Translations under genes and position numbers: made by a program
Shown: positions 26,136 to 39,179 of the stretch, one piece after another
How positions within the stretch are numbered: position 1 is the stretch's first letter
Layout of the letters: every line of letters begins with the position of its first letter
From: Schmidtea nova
Taxonomy: Eukaryota
NCBI GenBank assembly: GCA_044892505.1
Contig: CM097882.1
Coordinates: forward strand, 203,546,001 to 203,610,000
Direction of reading: 5' to 3'
Length of the DNA stretch: 64,000 bases
The notes under the pieces: generated by a model
Database searches by the model: none
Seen by the model: only the letters and a program-made list of their open reading frames with translations
What the model was told of the DNA's origin: nothing

Positions 26136-27305
26136 GGATCAAGTATTTTAAAGTATTTTTTCAAATTTCAAATTATACTAATCTATACTATTATCTTATA
26201 CTATTGACACTTGTTTAAGGGTTAATTATAAAAAATTTAATTTAAATTATGAATTTCAAAAAACCCATGCATTTAGATACTTTACAGACGATGTTGATTC
26301 GAATGACGGAAGAACAACTATTACACTGGATGTTTTCAAAAGGACTGTATCATTCTGCCTGCATTTGCGACAGTTGTGGACAGGCTATGCAATTGAAACA
26401 TTGCAAGGATTACATTGATTGTTATCAGTGGCGGTGTATGGTAACCACATGCCTTAAATACCAAAACACCAAAAGTGTGCGGCAAGGAAGCTTTTTCGAG
26501 AATAACCGCCTGCCAAGTCTTACTAACTTGAAAGCTCTGATTCAATGGTCAATAGGAAACACGCAGGTGACTGTATTGAAAAACGTCAAAATTTCCAAAA
26601 CCGCGTATTCTACAATGAGGAAAAAGATTACGCGATTGATTGAACACGAATTTCTTACGCGTCCAATCAAGCTTGGTGGACCCTTTTCAGTAGTTTACAT
26701 CGACGAAACTAAACTTGACTATAATGTCAAAAATCATCGCGGGAGAGGTCCAGGTACCCCTTGCTGGTGTATTTGCATCGTGGACACTTCTTTTACCCCT
26801 TCACTGGGATATAATTTAATTGTTAAAGATCGTTCTGCCAACACATTGATTCCAATAATCAATGACGTAGTACTACCCGGATCTACGATTTTTACTGATG
26901 AATGGCCTGCTTACAGGTCTTTGGCAAAAGATCCTAACTTTGATTTTGGTACAGTTTGTCACAAATACCATTTTGTGTGTCCAATTACTGGTGTACACAC
27001 ACAAAATGTCAAAAGTTATAATGGGAAGTTGAAGTACGCAATCAAAATGATGAAAGGGTTGACTTTAGAAGCGAGGAAACGATTTTTGGTTGATTTTATG
27101 TGGAGAGAACGGCATACTGAAAATTGTTTTGATGATTTGCTTACGTTAATTAAAGTATGACGAGTTGTTAACATAAATATAATTATTTTTATCTCTTTAA
27201 TTGCATGCCTTTAATCATTACATTTAATTTGTGTTTATTAATTACAATTTAATCAGGGGGTATAAAATACTTGATCCTTAATGGGGGGTATAAAATACTT
27301 GATCC
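26136..27305 (+). mobile_element. Merlin (IS1595/ISXO2-like) DNA transposon, 1170 bp
   Basis: TIR GGATCAAGTATTTTA at both ends, tandemly duplicated at the right end; perfect 8-bp TSD AAAGATTC (26128-35, 27306-13). Confidence 0.95.
26249..27160 (+). CDS. Merlin/ISXO2-like transposase, uninterrupted 303-aa ORF, third catalytic position reads K
   Basis: N-terminal Cys cluster; YIDET, DRSANTL, TDEWPAY, GVHTQNVKS (canonical motif TQ.VES). Confidence 0.9.
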   Translation: MNFKKPMHLDTLQTMLIRMTEEQLLHWMFSKGLYHSACICDSCGQAMQLKHCKDYIDCYQWRCMVTTCLKYQNTKSVRQGSFFENNRLPSLTNLKALIQWSIGNTQVTVLKNVKISKTAYSTMRKKITRLIEHEFLTRPIKLGGPFSVVYIDETKLDYNVKNHRGRGPGTPCWCICIVDTSFTPSLGYNLIVKDRSANTLIPIINDVVLPGSTIFTDEWPAYRSLAKDPNFDFGTVCHKYHFVCPITGVHTQNVKSYNGKLKYAIKMMKGLTLEARKRFLVDFMWRERHTENCFDDLLTLIKV

Positions 27306-27510
27306 AAAGATTCTAGTGCATTAGATTATAAATTTCACTTTTTTAATTAATTAATTTATTAAATAGTTATTGAATGGAAAATTTAAATAGCATTATTTTA
27401 ATATTTACTTTTTTCCGAGATACCTTTTAAAATAAATCCAACAAGAACTAACTATTTTTAATTCAAAATCAAAAAAGAAGTCAAATGAAATACTTTCAAA
27501 TCTAAACGTC

Positions 27511-27949
27511 GTGACGAATCCGAGATCTGTAGAAATACCGAGTGAAAAGAAGCTATCTGAATCGAATACTTACAAACTATCTGATCGTGTCAATAACAAT
27601 CATCAGTCATTGAATAGGACAATTCTTTCGTCTTCATCTCAATTATGTACTCCGATTGGAATAGCAAATTCTCATTTATTCAACAAATTTCAAAACAATC
27701 CTCAACATATCTCGTTCTTAAACATTCCTAATGAGTCTTCAATTTTCAGTGGCTGCAATATGAGTCAGTGTGAAACCAATAAAGAATTCGACAAAAAACC
27801 ATCGAATCCTAAACACAATATGTGTAATATACAAACAATACAGAATTCCAGCACAATCAATAAGAATCAACGGACTATGCTGTCAAAGATGCCATCGATG
27901 TTAATGCTGAATATATGTTTTGTTTATTCGAATTATATCAAAATAATTG
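27511..27949 (+). other. Ser/Asn-rich open frame, possible host exon; identity unknown
   Basis: ~146 stop-free codons in very AT-rich DNA; the stop lies inside the adjacent mariner TIR. Confidence 0.3.
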
Positions 27950-27951
27950 TA

Positions 27952-28892
27952 TTTGGCGTGTCTGAAAAGTAATGAGACTCCCATTACCCCACTTACAAGA
28001 CAGACAGTTTGCAGTAATGCAATTTATTTTCATACAACATAGTCCCCCTTGACTCGAATGACATCTTTACAATGGGTATACAATCGTTCCAGCTCAAGCT
28101 GGAAGCGTTCCCGCTCAATGCGTCTGAACAGCTGCAACGACTCCTTCTGAATCTCTTCTTTGGAGTGGAAGTCCCTCTTTCTGAGGTCTTTGTTTAGGTG
28201 GTTGAACAACCAGCGATCACATAGATTCAAGTCTGGACTGTAAGCTGACTGACGGATTAGCTTGACCTGCCTTTTTTCAAAGAATTCCCTGGTGTGTACA
28301 GATGCATGAGGACGCGCATTTTCATGTTGCCACCAGAGCTGGTTAAGTTGTGTTGGAGAAGAACGCAGAGTCCTCCCTTTTTCACCAGTATCATGGACAA
28401 ACTCAGTGTATAGTTGAGACCTCAATGATTGCTTTGGATTCTCATTTACCAGTTGCTTAATTTTAGCAATGTTCACATCTGCTGTTGATGTCGAAGGCCT
28501 TCCACTCTTCGGTTAGTCACACAGAGATGTTCGTGAACCTTCAGTGAAATCCTTACACCAGCGAAACACTGTGGCACGGGATGGTAGATAAGTCATCTGT
28601 GTTTCTTGTAGCTGCTCATAGACTTCTGTAGCTGTTCGTCCACGTTGTTGTTCAATAAACGCATATGCACGAAAGTGCTCTTTGTTCAGCTCCATTTGTG
28701 CAGTCGTTGCACTAAGACAAAGTATGCTACGAATCATGCCTTATATAGGGTCACACACGCATGTGTGTGAGTAGCCACCTGATTGGTCAGATAGTATAAA
28801 GTCTAGTGATTCGTTTAACGCAGTAACAATGCATAGCTAGCAGTTTTGTGTGTGTAGCATACGAAATCTCATTACTTTTCAGACACGCCAAA
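27952..28892 (-). mobile_element. Mariner deletion derivative, 941 bp, with perfect TIRs
   Basis: 26-bp perfect TIR TTTGGCGTGTCTGAAAAGTAATGAGA; TA TSD; N-terminal HTH ORF plus C-terminal HENARPH-34-D (YSPDLNLCD); first catalytic Asp region missing. Confidence 0.93.
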
Positions 28893-29848
28893 TATTTCTG
28901 CAAAGATTAAACCAAAAGATAATTATTGTTATTATTGGGTTATGAACAGAATTCTAATAGTTGTTTGGGAATATTCTTTGTTAAGAACACAGAGTCAGGC
29001 TGGGATTTAAGTAGTGACAGCAAATTAATTTTTATATTTTTCACCAATAATGCCGAAGATTGATTAGGAATTCGTCATTTTAAAAGACTTGTGAATTTTT
29101 AAAATACTTCTTTCTAAATTTCCGGAATCTTGTAGAGATGAAGTTTATTCACCTAACAATAGAGAAAGATTTGAACCATTTGAATTGGAGATTATTTGAT
29201 GTTAAAATATTTTTTTCAACGAGGAAACCGGAAACTTAGTACTTTATTTAGATTTTATTTTCCCGGTGTCCCGGGATATTGTAAGACTAATTTCAGGATT
29301 GAGAGTTCATGAAATTATACAGGAAGAGGAACAGTTTTCAACATAAAACAGTTCGAGATTAAATGTGGAAGAAAACCTTTTTCATGTCAAATGAATCACT
29401 TTCAATGGGAGAATAAAATTATGATACCAAAACAATTTAACCAATGTATTAACTAAAAATATTTGATATTATATGAGGCATTTCTTTTTTGATGCCATAG
29501 AAATAATTCCACTTGTTATAAAGTAGGGCTTCCGGGAACTCTTTTGAACATCAAAATAGCACTTTTCATTTATAGCTAGAAAAAGCTTTTAGATAATAAA
29601 GAGTGCAAAAATGTAGGAAATATTAAAAATAATAAATCAAAATAAAATCTATTCATCAATTTGACATAATTATTTATAATAAAACGTATAGTTAATGTTG
29701 TCGTTGTGAACATTTGGAATATCAAAGGATAATTTCTATATGGACATTTTCTGTGGATATTTTTTAAAGGATAAAATTAAATTGTAAGTGACATTTTATT
29801 TCAATTTATAATTTCAATAATAATTTACATATTACAGATAAAGCCATC

Positions 29849-30062
29849 NNNNNNNNNNNNNNNNNNNNNNNNNNNNNNNNNNNNNNNNNNNNNNNNNNNN
29901 NNNNNNNNNNNNNNNNNNNNNNNNNNNNNNNNNNNNNNNNNNNNNNNNNNNNNNNNNNNNNNNNNNNNNNNNNNNNNNNNNNNNNNNNNNNNNNNNNNNN
30001 NNNNNNNNNNNNNNNNNNNNNNNNNNNNNNNNNNNNNNNNNNNNNNNNNNNNNNNNNNNNNN
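29849..30062. other. Assembly gap
   Basis: Run of N. Confidence 1.
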
Positions 30063-30907
30063 ATATCTACATAATAAATAACAAGGATGTTAACAATTCC
30101 CTTTTAAATATAAAATAATAATTAAATGAAATTCACTTCTGTTACGATCTTTACATATTTACATTATTTCACATTTTCTTTGAATTTATTGGGGTTCATT
30201 TGAACAAGCACAAATATAATGAAAAATAAATTAAAAAATTGAGAAAATTAAAATTAAAAATTTTGCGGTTAAACTAGTATAGGCGGATGGCAAATGAAGA
30301 GACGAATTCAAATATAATAATATATAATCAATGGGTGGTGTGAGTTCTCAGAAATAAACTTTAAGAAAATACAAACTAATTAAAAATTTAATTACCCAAA
30401 GTTAATGAGAAATGCGAGCCAATGGAAAACTCGAGTCATCAACAATATTATTAAATTACCTAAAGAAATATTACAAATAAAGAGAAACCTAAGTTTTCAA
30501 CAAATAATCCGATTACCCCCAACAAATTTACTGTATGAAAATCCCGAGATAAAAAGGAAAACCTAGGATGTAAGAGAACCCGAATTTTCATTTAATTAGC
30601 TTTTTTTAAAGAATAGGAAAAACTACAATTAGAATAGTTGGCCCAAGTGAGGTGCCAGTCAGCAATCAAATTAAAATGAGAAAAAAGATCCAATTACAAA
30701 AACACTAAAAGGAGGAAACAAATTTGCAATCTTGCCAGTTGGTCGAAGATATATTTTCAGAGTGATTCAAATAAATTCAAAAAACGTTAGTAAGATTAAA
30801 ACGTGTAAAGTAAATAATAATCAAATGAATTATTGCGTACCAGAAAGGGTGATCTCCCGTTGAAAGACTACCCCATAAAGCAAGAAAGTGCAGATAAAGA
30901 ATATGTG

Positions 30908-33689
30908 GGTGCATTTGGGTTATCTTACTCCCAAAAAAAAATATAATTTATTTTTATATTTTGTATGCATAAAAATTATATTTTTATATTAAATTTTTCA
31001 ATAATATTTTACTTGATTACTATCTTTTTTATAGATTCGCCGCAATAGAAAAATGTAATAAAATATATCCTCTATAAAAATACATTTGACTTTTATATAA
31101 AATAATATAATTATACAAATACGATAACCGTTAAACAACAACTAAATATTTTTTAATAAAGTCATATGCCAATAAGTTTTACCAATAGGCCAATATGCAA
31201 CTATGTAGTCGAGAATAGCGTTGAATTTTATTCTACCATTCAAGTTCTGACGCCACATAAACTCGCATAAATACGACTCCAACTTCTGCCTGTGTGTTCC
31301 ATTATGACGTTTGTTTCGTTTCTTGGCGCGACTCCACATGTTCTCGACGTTCTGTGTGTACGTGTAATAGGGTCAACAAAGTTTTAAGTATGCTTGATCG
31401 TTAAGTGAGTGTAATGTTGGCCCCACTGCTGTCTAATACTATTGTACGCACCCCACCTATCGGAAAGTATTTTAGTTCCAGGTCGAATCTGCGCAGTAAT
31501 AATGATCATCAAAGTGTTTGCACTTCTATCCGGAACTGTAAAGAGGGAACATTCCAGAGTCTCTCTACATATGCCACCGAAGACCCACTGTTGTGGAGTC
31601 ACACGCCCAGCATTATTTTTTCGCTTTGTAAATAGACTCTCGTCAATTTCTACATGTAAACCTGGGCCGTCGATTAGCATCTGGTTGAGTTGGCTCAGTA
31701 GCGTAGCTGCGCAAACTTCCCGTAAGTAATTATTCCAGTCGATAACTGTTCAAGCGTTCCTTTGCAATTCATATTCACAAAAACTGATAGATGTCATTTC
31801 ATCCGCCTAACAGTAGATAAATAATTGTTCTAAATGTTAATTTTGATCTCTGCAGCCAAGTGTCACGACGAATTGGGATATCTTCGCGGCAACACTGCGC
31901 TTGTAACACCACCGGTTGTGTTTGTCGGTCAGTTGAAGTAGGCCGTGTCTCTGAAGAAACCGAACACTAGTTTGTTTTTCATCTATTACACTACGGTCTT
32001 AACCCGAAAATAACACCATCGTGTTGTATTTGAGTTTTTAAAAAATTTTGACTTTTTTTAAACATTGAAGAAAAATTCAAATATAACACCACTTTAAATA
32101 TAACACCATGGTTTTTTATTTAATATTTAAACATTAATATAATGATAATTAACCAAGCATATGTCTCCCAAAATACTGATCAATTTCTACCATTACCACA
32201 GTTTGAATTGGATTTGATACTAGATATTCAAATGAAGTTTTAGTATTTGCATTTTTTATTATAATTTTCCTTAATGGACACAGCAAAAATCTCGTTTTCA
32301 GATGCAGGTATGTCATCATTCTGAATGTTTTCAAATTAATTAGAATCTACTAAATCAGATAATTCATGCAGAGACTGCATAAATAAAATTAATTGATTTT
32401 TATACTCCTTCCAAGTATTTTCAGCTTGATTACCATATTTCCTGTGGTGTACACACATGTAAAAGCTTGCAGTATTTGAATCTGGTAAATACCATTCTGG
32501 TGGTTGATATTTTTCTTCATTTATATAATCGTTTTCAGGTGTAACATACTCAGTTGCATATAATTCATTCCAGATAGTAATGTCAAAAGATGGTTGAAAT
32601 AAAGCTTTTAAAGGTGGATGGAGAATATTCATATCAAATATTTCTTTAGGGACCAATCCACATACCTTGAATGCATTAACTACTTTTTCTGGCGTTTTTG
32701 TGCTAATCCATTCAATAATCCAGTTTGAAACCATTTCATAGCTAGGAACTTTAGGGTTTCCAGCTTTTGTTTGCAAGTTTTTATCTTCCAAAGAATCATA
32801 AGAATAATAAGCTGTTTGATAAAAACTTTGTAAACTTCTATTTATAGCAACATCCAAAGGCTGTAAAATACTGGTCAAGTTAGGAGGTACAATTACAATA
32901 TGAATATTATATTTCTCCAATGATTTGGAATTTGCAAGCTTTGTATGAGCACCATAAGAATCAATAATATATAGGATAGGTTCACATAAAAATTATGTCT
33001 CCATACGAGATATTATAGTTTGTCGAGTAAATTGTAGCAGGATTTCATCATTCCACATTCCAGTCTTATTTACATCAACTAAAACACCTTTGTGAATAGT
33101 TGGCTTATTTTTTAAGCCAGAAAATAAAACATGTGGTTAATAAAAATAATATTAAATAAACAAAAAGATTTGTAATAATATAAATACTTATAAAAACTTA
33201 TATTAAGAAAAATTTTAAAAGTACTTAAAATTTAAAATTATAAAAGATATTTTATAAAAAAAGAATATTTAATAATAAAATTTTAAGAAATACTTTTTTT
33301 ATTATTTATTATTTTAATATTAAAAATATATAAAAAAAAAGTTATTACACATAAGTATTTTAAAACACCATGGCGTTATATTTGAATAAAACACCAGAGT
33401 GGTCTTATATTCAAACATAACACCATGGTGTAATTTTCGGGTTAAGACGGTAGGTAATTCTAATAAATTCATGTTTGTTTAGGGGGTAGTTTTTCTTGAG
33501 ATAAATTATTGATGTCATAAATTAATTTTTATTATTGATGACATGATATATGTCAGAAAGTGAACTTTTAAGATGTTAACTGATTTTTTGTTGCTAAATT
33601 GTTGAATGGCCTACTAAATGCATACTTAATGCATACTAAATATAAAAATAAATTATATTTTTGGGGGAATAAGATAATCCAAAAGCACC
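30908..33689 (-). mobile_element. Second Merlin element (pseudogenised), interrupted by a pogo insertion
   Basis: ~60-bp imperfect TIRs starting GGTGC; degenerate 8-bp TSD AATATGTG/AAAAAGTG; ORF starts MNLLELP at ~33473 and resumes SVIDEK left of the pogo; VEIDES, QWVFGG, SDRWGAY, HTQNVENMWS motifs. Confidence 0.88.
31994..33450 (-). mobile_element. pogo-family (DD35D) element nested in the Merlin; N-terminal part lost
   Basis: 18-bp TIR C(G/C)GTCTTAACCCGAAAAT; TA TSD; repeated subterminal AACACCATGG motifs; IIDSYGAH-35-QPLD. Confidence 0.9.
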
Positions 33690-33741
33690 AAAAAGTGTTA
33701 TTGAGATCTGTATTAATTGTGTGGAACTCAAATAAAAGTTA

Positions 33742-33825
33742 TTGTGTTGGGTATTATTGATTTTGAAAATAAGAGCACGAGGAGTCAGTGAATATTACCG
33801 ACTTTCATCAATGAACCCAACAAAT
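33742..33825. repeat. Short hairpin-forming dispersed repeat with an inverted copy at ~16930-16985
   Basis: CTGACTCCTC(A/G)TG(T/C)TCTT...AATCAAT...CCCAACACA shared; local TGTTGGG...CCCAACA inverted pair. Confidence 0.6.
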
Positions 33826-34609
33826 GTATTCAAAATATTTCCATTTGCTTTTAAAAATAATGCTGTAAAGCAAGGTTTCAACTTTTGAAGTCAGGTGTCC
33901 TTGAAATAATATTCCTCTTTTAGTGAATCTCTGCAAAAAATTAATTAATATATCATTAGTAAAACCTTTCTTCATTTATAAACTTAAATTTATAAGGAAA
34001 ACATAATTTAATTTTCTAAATTATGGTTTATCGTCACAAGACAAACAGTGAAAACAATTAAATTATAAATACATATAATTGGTTGATTCATCCCTATTTT
34101 TTGCGTAAACCCTAACTATTTTTCGCGGCACTTTAGGTTCCGGAGAAGCCAATCTGAAAATCCCTGCCGTAGAGAATGCATGGAATATCAAAACAAAAAT
34201 TATTATTAATTATTAGTTATTAAAATAATTTTGGAATACAGGCAAAATGTAAAAAGGATTTTTACTATTGTTATTTAAGAAGCAAGACAATGAAAAAATT
34301 TGAAATATATAAAAATAAACAAAGGAAAAAATTAATAAAAAAGAAATAAAATAAAATGTCAGTACTAATTAAATAGTAAAAATCTTGAATAAAAAAATTC
34401 TTATCTTGACATTATGTCAAATGTGTGAATGGATTCGGAAATATCATGATTGTCTTGAAACATGAACATAAGATGTAAGGAAAGAAGTGGACAAGAAAAG
34501 AAAGACTACGAAAGCAAGACTGCAAATGCAAATGTTGAAATAAAGTTAAAAACAAGAAAAGATAGACAAGAAAATATATTGACATAAAATTATAATTACT
34601 GAAGTTATA

Positions 34610-34699
34610 AGTAGGTAGTTAATGGTCCCCTGCACAACTTTATTTTTAAAAAAAGTTTACAAGGGGGTTACTGGCGCAGGAGACCATGAAATACTTACT
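34610..34699. repeat. Small inverted-repeat element (~90 bp)
   Basis: ATGGTCCCCTGC / GCAGGAGACCAT arms, extending imperfectly to ~24 bp. Confidence 0.55.
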
Positions 34700-34845
34700 G
34701 TTATACTAACAAGCAGTTATTTTGAAGAATTTATTGATTAAAATTTGACAGAGGAATGGCGTGGTTTTGAATAAAAACTTTTGATATTTTTGGTTTTCCT
34801 CGCTTTTATTTTCATCATTTTTTATCAAGCCCGACAATATATTAA

Positions 34846-35009
34846 ATGGTGATTTCTCGGTATCAGCATTAATTAAATATTATATAAATAATAAATAACA
34901 AAATAAGCCTTTGCTACAAAATTTTCACCTAATAAAACTTTGCAACATTGGCTTATTTTGTTATTTATTAATTATTTAATATTTAATGCTGCTAACAAGA
35001 AATCAACAT
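34846..35009. repeat. Foldback (palindromic) MITE-like element
   Basis: ~65-bp imperfect inverted arms (ATGGTGATTTCTC...AAATAAGCC) around a short spacer. Confidence 0.7.
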
Positions 35010-35525
35010 TTTATAAATATATAAATATTATAATAAGTTCCAAAATTTGCTGTGAATGTGAAAAAAGTAATCTTTAAAAATTAAATTAAATTTTATTTTT
35101 AGCATAAAAATAACAAAATTTGTAATTATTTGATGAAGCTTATAGGACAATAGTGATGCTTTTTATTCTTTTTTATATTAACAATACTTTTAGAAAATCA
35201 AAATTTGATCAATTAAAATGCGTTATGCATTTGAAATATTTTGGTGCTAGGCCTTTTCACATTCTATTTTTCAGTAATTCTTAAAAACTAAATCAAAATT
35301 TTGTTTTTTAATCGTTCTTTCTCACTTACATCAACAATATAATTAAAATAAAATTTACTTTTAGCTGTGCCATGCAATTTGTTGGAGTCCTACCTTTATG
35401 CTTTTTCAATCAAGTTAGGATGGCTCTTTTAGGATGATGAAATCCAAAGAGTTTACAAAAACACAAAAGAAATTCTTATTTCTACAGAAGACATAATTTA
35501 AAATTTTCATATAAGTTTTCAATTA

Positions 35526-36000
35526 CACTCAATTCTGTTTTTATGCGATAGATACGTTCCTCAGAAAAAAGCATAAAAAATCGCATAAAAAACACTACCT
35601 ACATTGAATAAAAAGGGATAAGTTCAATAATTTTAATTTTAAAAAAAATTAATTTAATTTAAATTTATAAAAAAAATCATTTTTTAAATTTTTTACATTT
35701 ATCTAATAAAGATAAAACAACTCAAATTAAAATAACACCATGAAACAGTTTACAACAAATTTCACTGATATCGACATAAAACCACACCAGACACAATAAT
35801 AATGAGCACAGTGTGTAAAATTATTTTTTTACTACGCAATGAGTGAAGAAGAAGTAGGCGAGAAAAGAATCATGACGAGCACAAAAAAAGAAGGAACAAG
35901 TCGCATAATTTCTAAATCGTATAAAAAATTTGTTTGTATAAGAAAACCGCATAACTTTAAAACCGCATAAAATAAAATCGCATAAAAACAGAATTGAGTG
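35526..36000. mobile_element. Tc1/pogo-type MITE, 475 bp
   Basis: Perfect 24-bp TIR CACTCAATTCTGTTTTTATGCGAT; TA TSD; subterminal CGCATAAAA repeats. Confidence 0.9.
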
Positions 36001-36359
36001 TAGTTTCATCTGTGTAATTTTATTAAAAACTACAAAATTCTTCAAAAGTGATTTTTCGGTTTTGCAAAGTCAATCGCACAAGTCAACAATATATATGTTG
36101 AATTCAACCATCAAATAATATTTTACAAAATACAATAATAAGAGTCAAATTGAAATCAACAAAATTCAGCTCAAAAAGCAATATATAATCGAAAATAATA
36201 CGTGGTAAGGCTAAAAGGTCCTTAGACTTGCATAGAAATTATAAAATTAAAACAAAGTTCTTTCATATTTGAAATAAGAAACAGGTAAAGGTTATAAATG
36301 TTTAATTTGTTTTAAAGTATTCATATTTTATTTCAGTCATTCGGAAATCGTATAAAGAA

Positions 36360-37010
36360 ATGTTTGGTGTAGTGCAATCTGGATGCGTAATTAGGTTGGC
36401 TTTTAAAGAAGATAGAAAAATATAAATCATTCAACAAATTGAAAAAGCATATGGAGGAGAGGCACTTTCAAGAGAAACAATATTCAATAGTGTTCTGGAG
36501 TTTTCTTTTGTCAGAACAATTGATTTTGACGGTCGAGAAAGGAAGACTTTTATTGAATTATGGAGGAAACATTGCGAAAGTAAAGTAAATTGTATCTAAG
36601 AATAGGAAAATCACACAAATGGAGTTGTCTGTAAAACTTAATGTTTGAAAGAGAACAGTGTAGCTTATGTTGAATCAATTGGGAATCAGAAAATTGGGTA
36701 GCAGATTCGTTAACGATATTTAACAGTAGAAATAGATAGACGAATGGTTGCTTGTGAAAACAATCTTTTTTCTTTTGTATACCATTGAACCAAACTTTCT
36801 ATTTCTCCATGACAACCTATGATGCAGTAGTAAAATGTGGGTTTATACAGTTGCACCATCCCCTTGCATCAAATTATTTTCGGTTGTTCAATCATCTGAA
36901 AAATAATTTGAATTAAAGCATGATTAGAAGAAAAAAGTGGAAATATTTCTTTCGCAGAAGAGACAAATTTTTTTAAATGGCTTTCAAATCAATAGTGAAC
37001 CGTTGGAGTG
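36360..37010 (+). mobile_element. Heavily decayed mariner relic
   Basis: KAYGGEALSRETIF (HTH), LGIRKLGSRFV, FLHDN, LHHP remnants. Confidence 0.65.
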
Positions 37011-39179
37011 GTTCAGTGTTAATGGAACTTATATGATAAATAAATCTTACATATCTGTCTTGTTGATAATAAGTAGTTATTATATTAATCTCTTCTAACT
37101 TCATATTAACTAATTAAGACTATAAATTCCAAAATATTTATTCAATGAAAATTTGTAATATAATAGTGGTCTTCCTCTTCTTATTATTATTTAAACAATT
37201 GTTCTTGAGACATTTAAAATAATTCAAATTGCAAATTTATAAAAATTCAGCAATAAACTAATTTCCAAACTCGTTACAAATTTATAAATTTTATTATTTC
37301 TTCCAATACATTTTTTTAAATATTTTATTTTAAATTTGCAATTTACTTTATAGGCTCTTTAAGAACTTAAAAATGTTTATAAAAACATTTTTTTAGTTCT
37401 AAAATTAATGAATTAATTTTAAGTAATTACATTTTCATTGTTTAAAGTTATTGCTCATATTGATAATAATGAATTTTGTTCCACTAACTTTATTTTTTCT
37501 AAGTCTGAGGACTTTTTAGCCTTACTACGTATAATTAAACTTTGAGTACGTCACAATTTATTATAAAACAACTCTCACTCATTGAGAATAAAATAAAAAA
37601 TGCGTTTCTAAATACATTTTTATTGATAAATGAAAAATTACCTTCAAGCACATAAAAACAACTGAGGAATTATAAACAATAAATTCTCTATTTATGCAAT
37701 ACATTTTGGGCTATGATCATTTTTAAGAATCAGCAAGCACTTCAGAAATAATTTTTAAATATTTGATCAGTAGGTGTAATCCGAAAGAAGCGCAGGCGCA
37801 GAAGAGGCTTATCAAATTGAGGCTCATTTGGATAATTAGTTTTTCTTTGGAGCTCAGTAACCACCTTTCGTCAATTATTAGTAGCTTCTATGCATCCGCT
37901 AATTTGGAGCCCTAATTAACAGATTTGCTGAATATGTATTTTTGATCAGCTCCGGTTGATATTCTGGATTTGATCAATAATTAACTTCCTAGCAAAATGG
38001 TATAAAAACAGAGACAGCACGTAGAACAGCGCCAAAAGCTAAAGACAAGCCAGAACTCAGAGATCAGAAATTATATTACGAATAAGAGAAAAAATAAAAC
38101 GATTGTGTTAGAGAAAAATAATTTTTCTTTTTCAAAACTTTTCAAAATTTAGCCAATGTATATGGATTGATTGTGCAATGTTATAATTTGTTATTTGTGG
38201 GGTTCTGGGATATTTGATCATATGGATGCGCAAAATCGAATCCTAATAGAACATTTATTAATAAAACCCAATGCAATCAAGATTTAAAAAAGTAATTTAC
38301 TAAAAATAATTTCTTACGATTTTTATCGTATTTTATAGGAAATAGAAGTGTATCAATGGCCTACTGGGCCTTGATTATTAATAATTCAAGTTCTTCAGAA
38401 TACTAGTAATTAAAACTGATTTTTCAAATGTTTTTGATTTTCATTTGATTTTTATATTAGTTTAGATTTTGTAGTTTCCAAAACATTACAACTTTTAATA
38501 AAAAATTTGAAATTTTTTTTCAATTAAAAAAGTCATTGAAAAGAAAATTCGAAAAATTTGTGTTAAATAAAAAAAGCATTTACCTATAACTGATAACAAA
38601 AAGAATATAAATGGAAGGTGAAATATATAATGAAAGGTGAATATATAATAATTAATTTTACTGATAAATAAATTTTTTAATGAAGACTTCAGATAAAATT
38701 TTTATACCTTTTAAATAAAGTTTATCTATAATCTTTATAAAAATTGAAAATTTTTTAAATAGAAACGAAAATATCAGTGGGGAAAATAAGGGATGATAAT
38801 GATATGGTAATTAAATTAACTATGCTTGGCAAATTTGAAATTTAACTTTTAAACAATTTTATAATGACAAACGAGATGAGATATTTAAAGAAATTTTTCA
38901 ATAAAATAAAATAAATTTTTTCAAAAAATTATTATTATTGTTAATTTTTTTAAATAATTTTTTTATGTAAATCGGCTTTTTTGATCATTGCAAATAACCT
39001 TTGTTAAATTTCTGTTGTACTTTGAGAATGTTCAATAAACAAGTGAGTATTTTATTTACCATTATGTACTTAAAGATGTTGAAAGATTTATTATCTGATT
39101 CATTATTATTTAATTGGATACAATAATGATAATTTTAAAGAATATTTAACTGTTTGATTTAGTTAATTTTATTTCAAAA

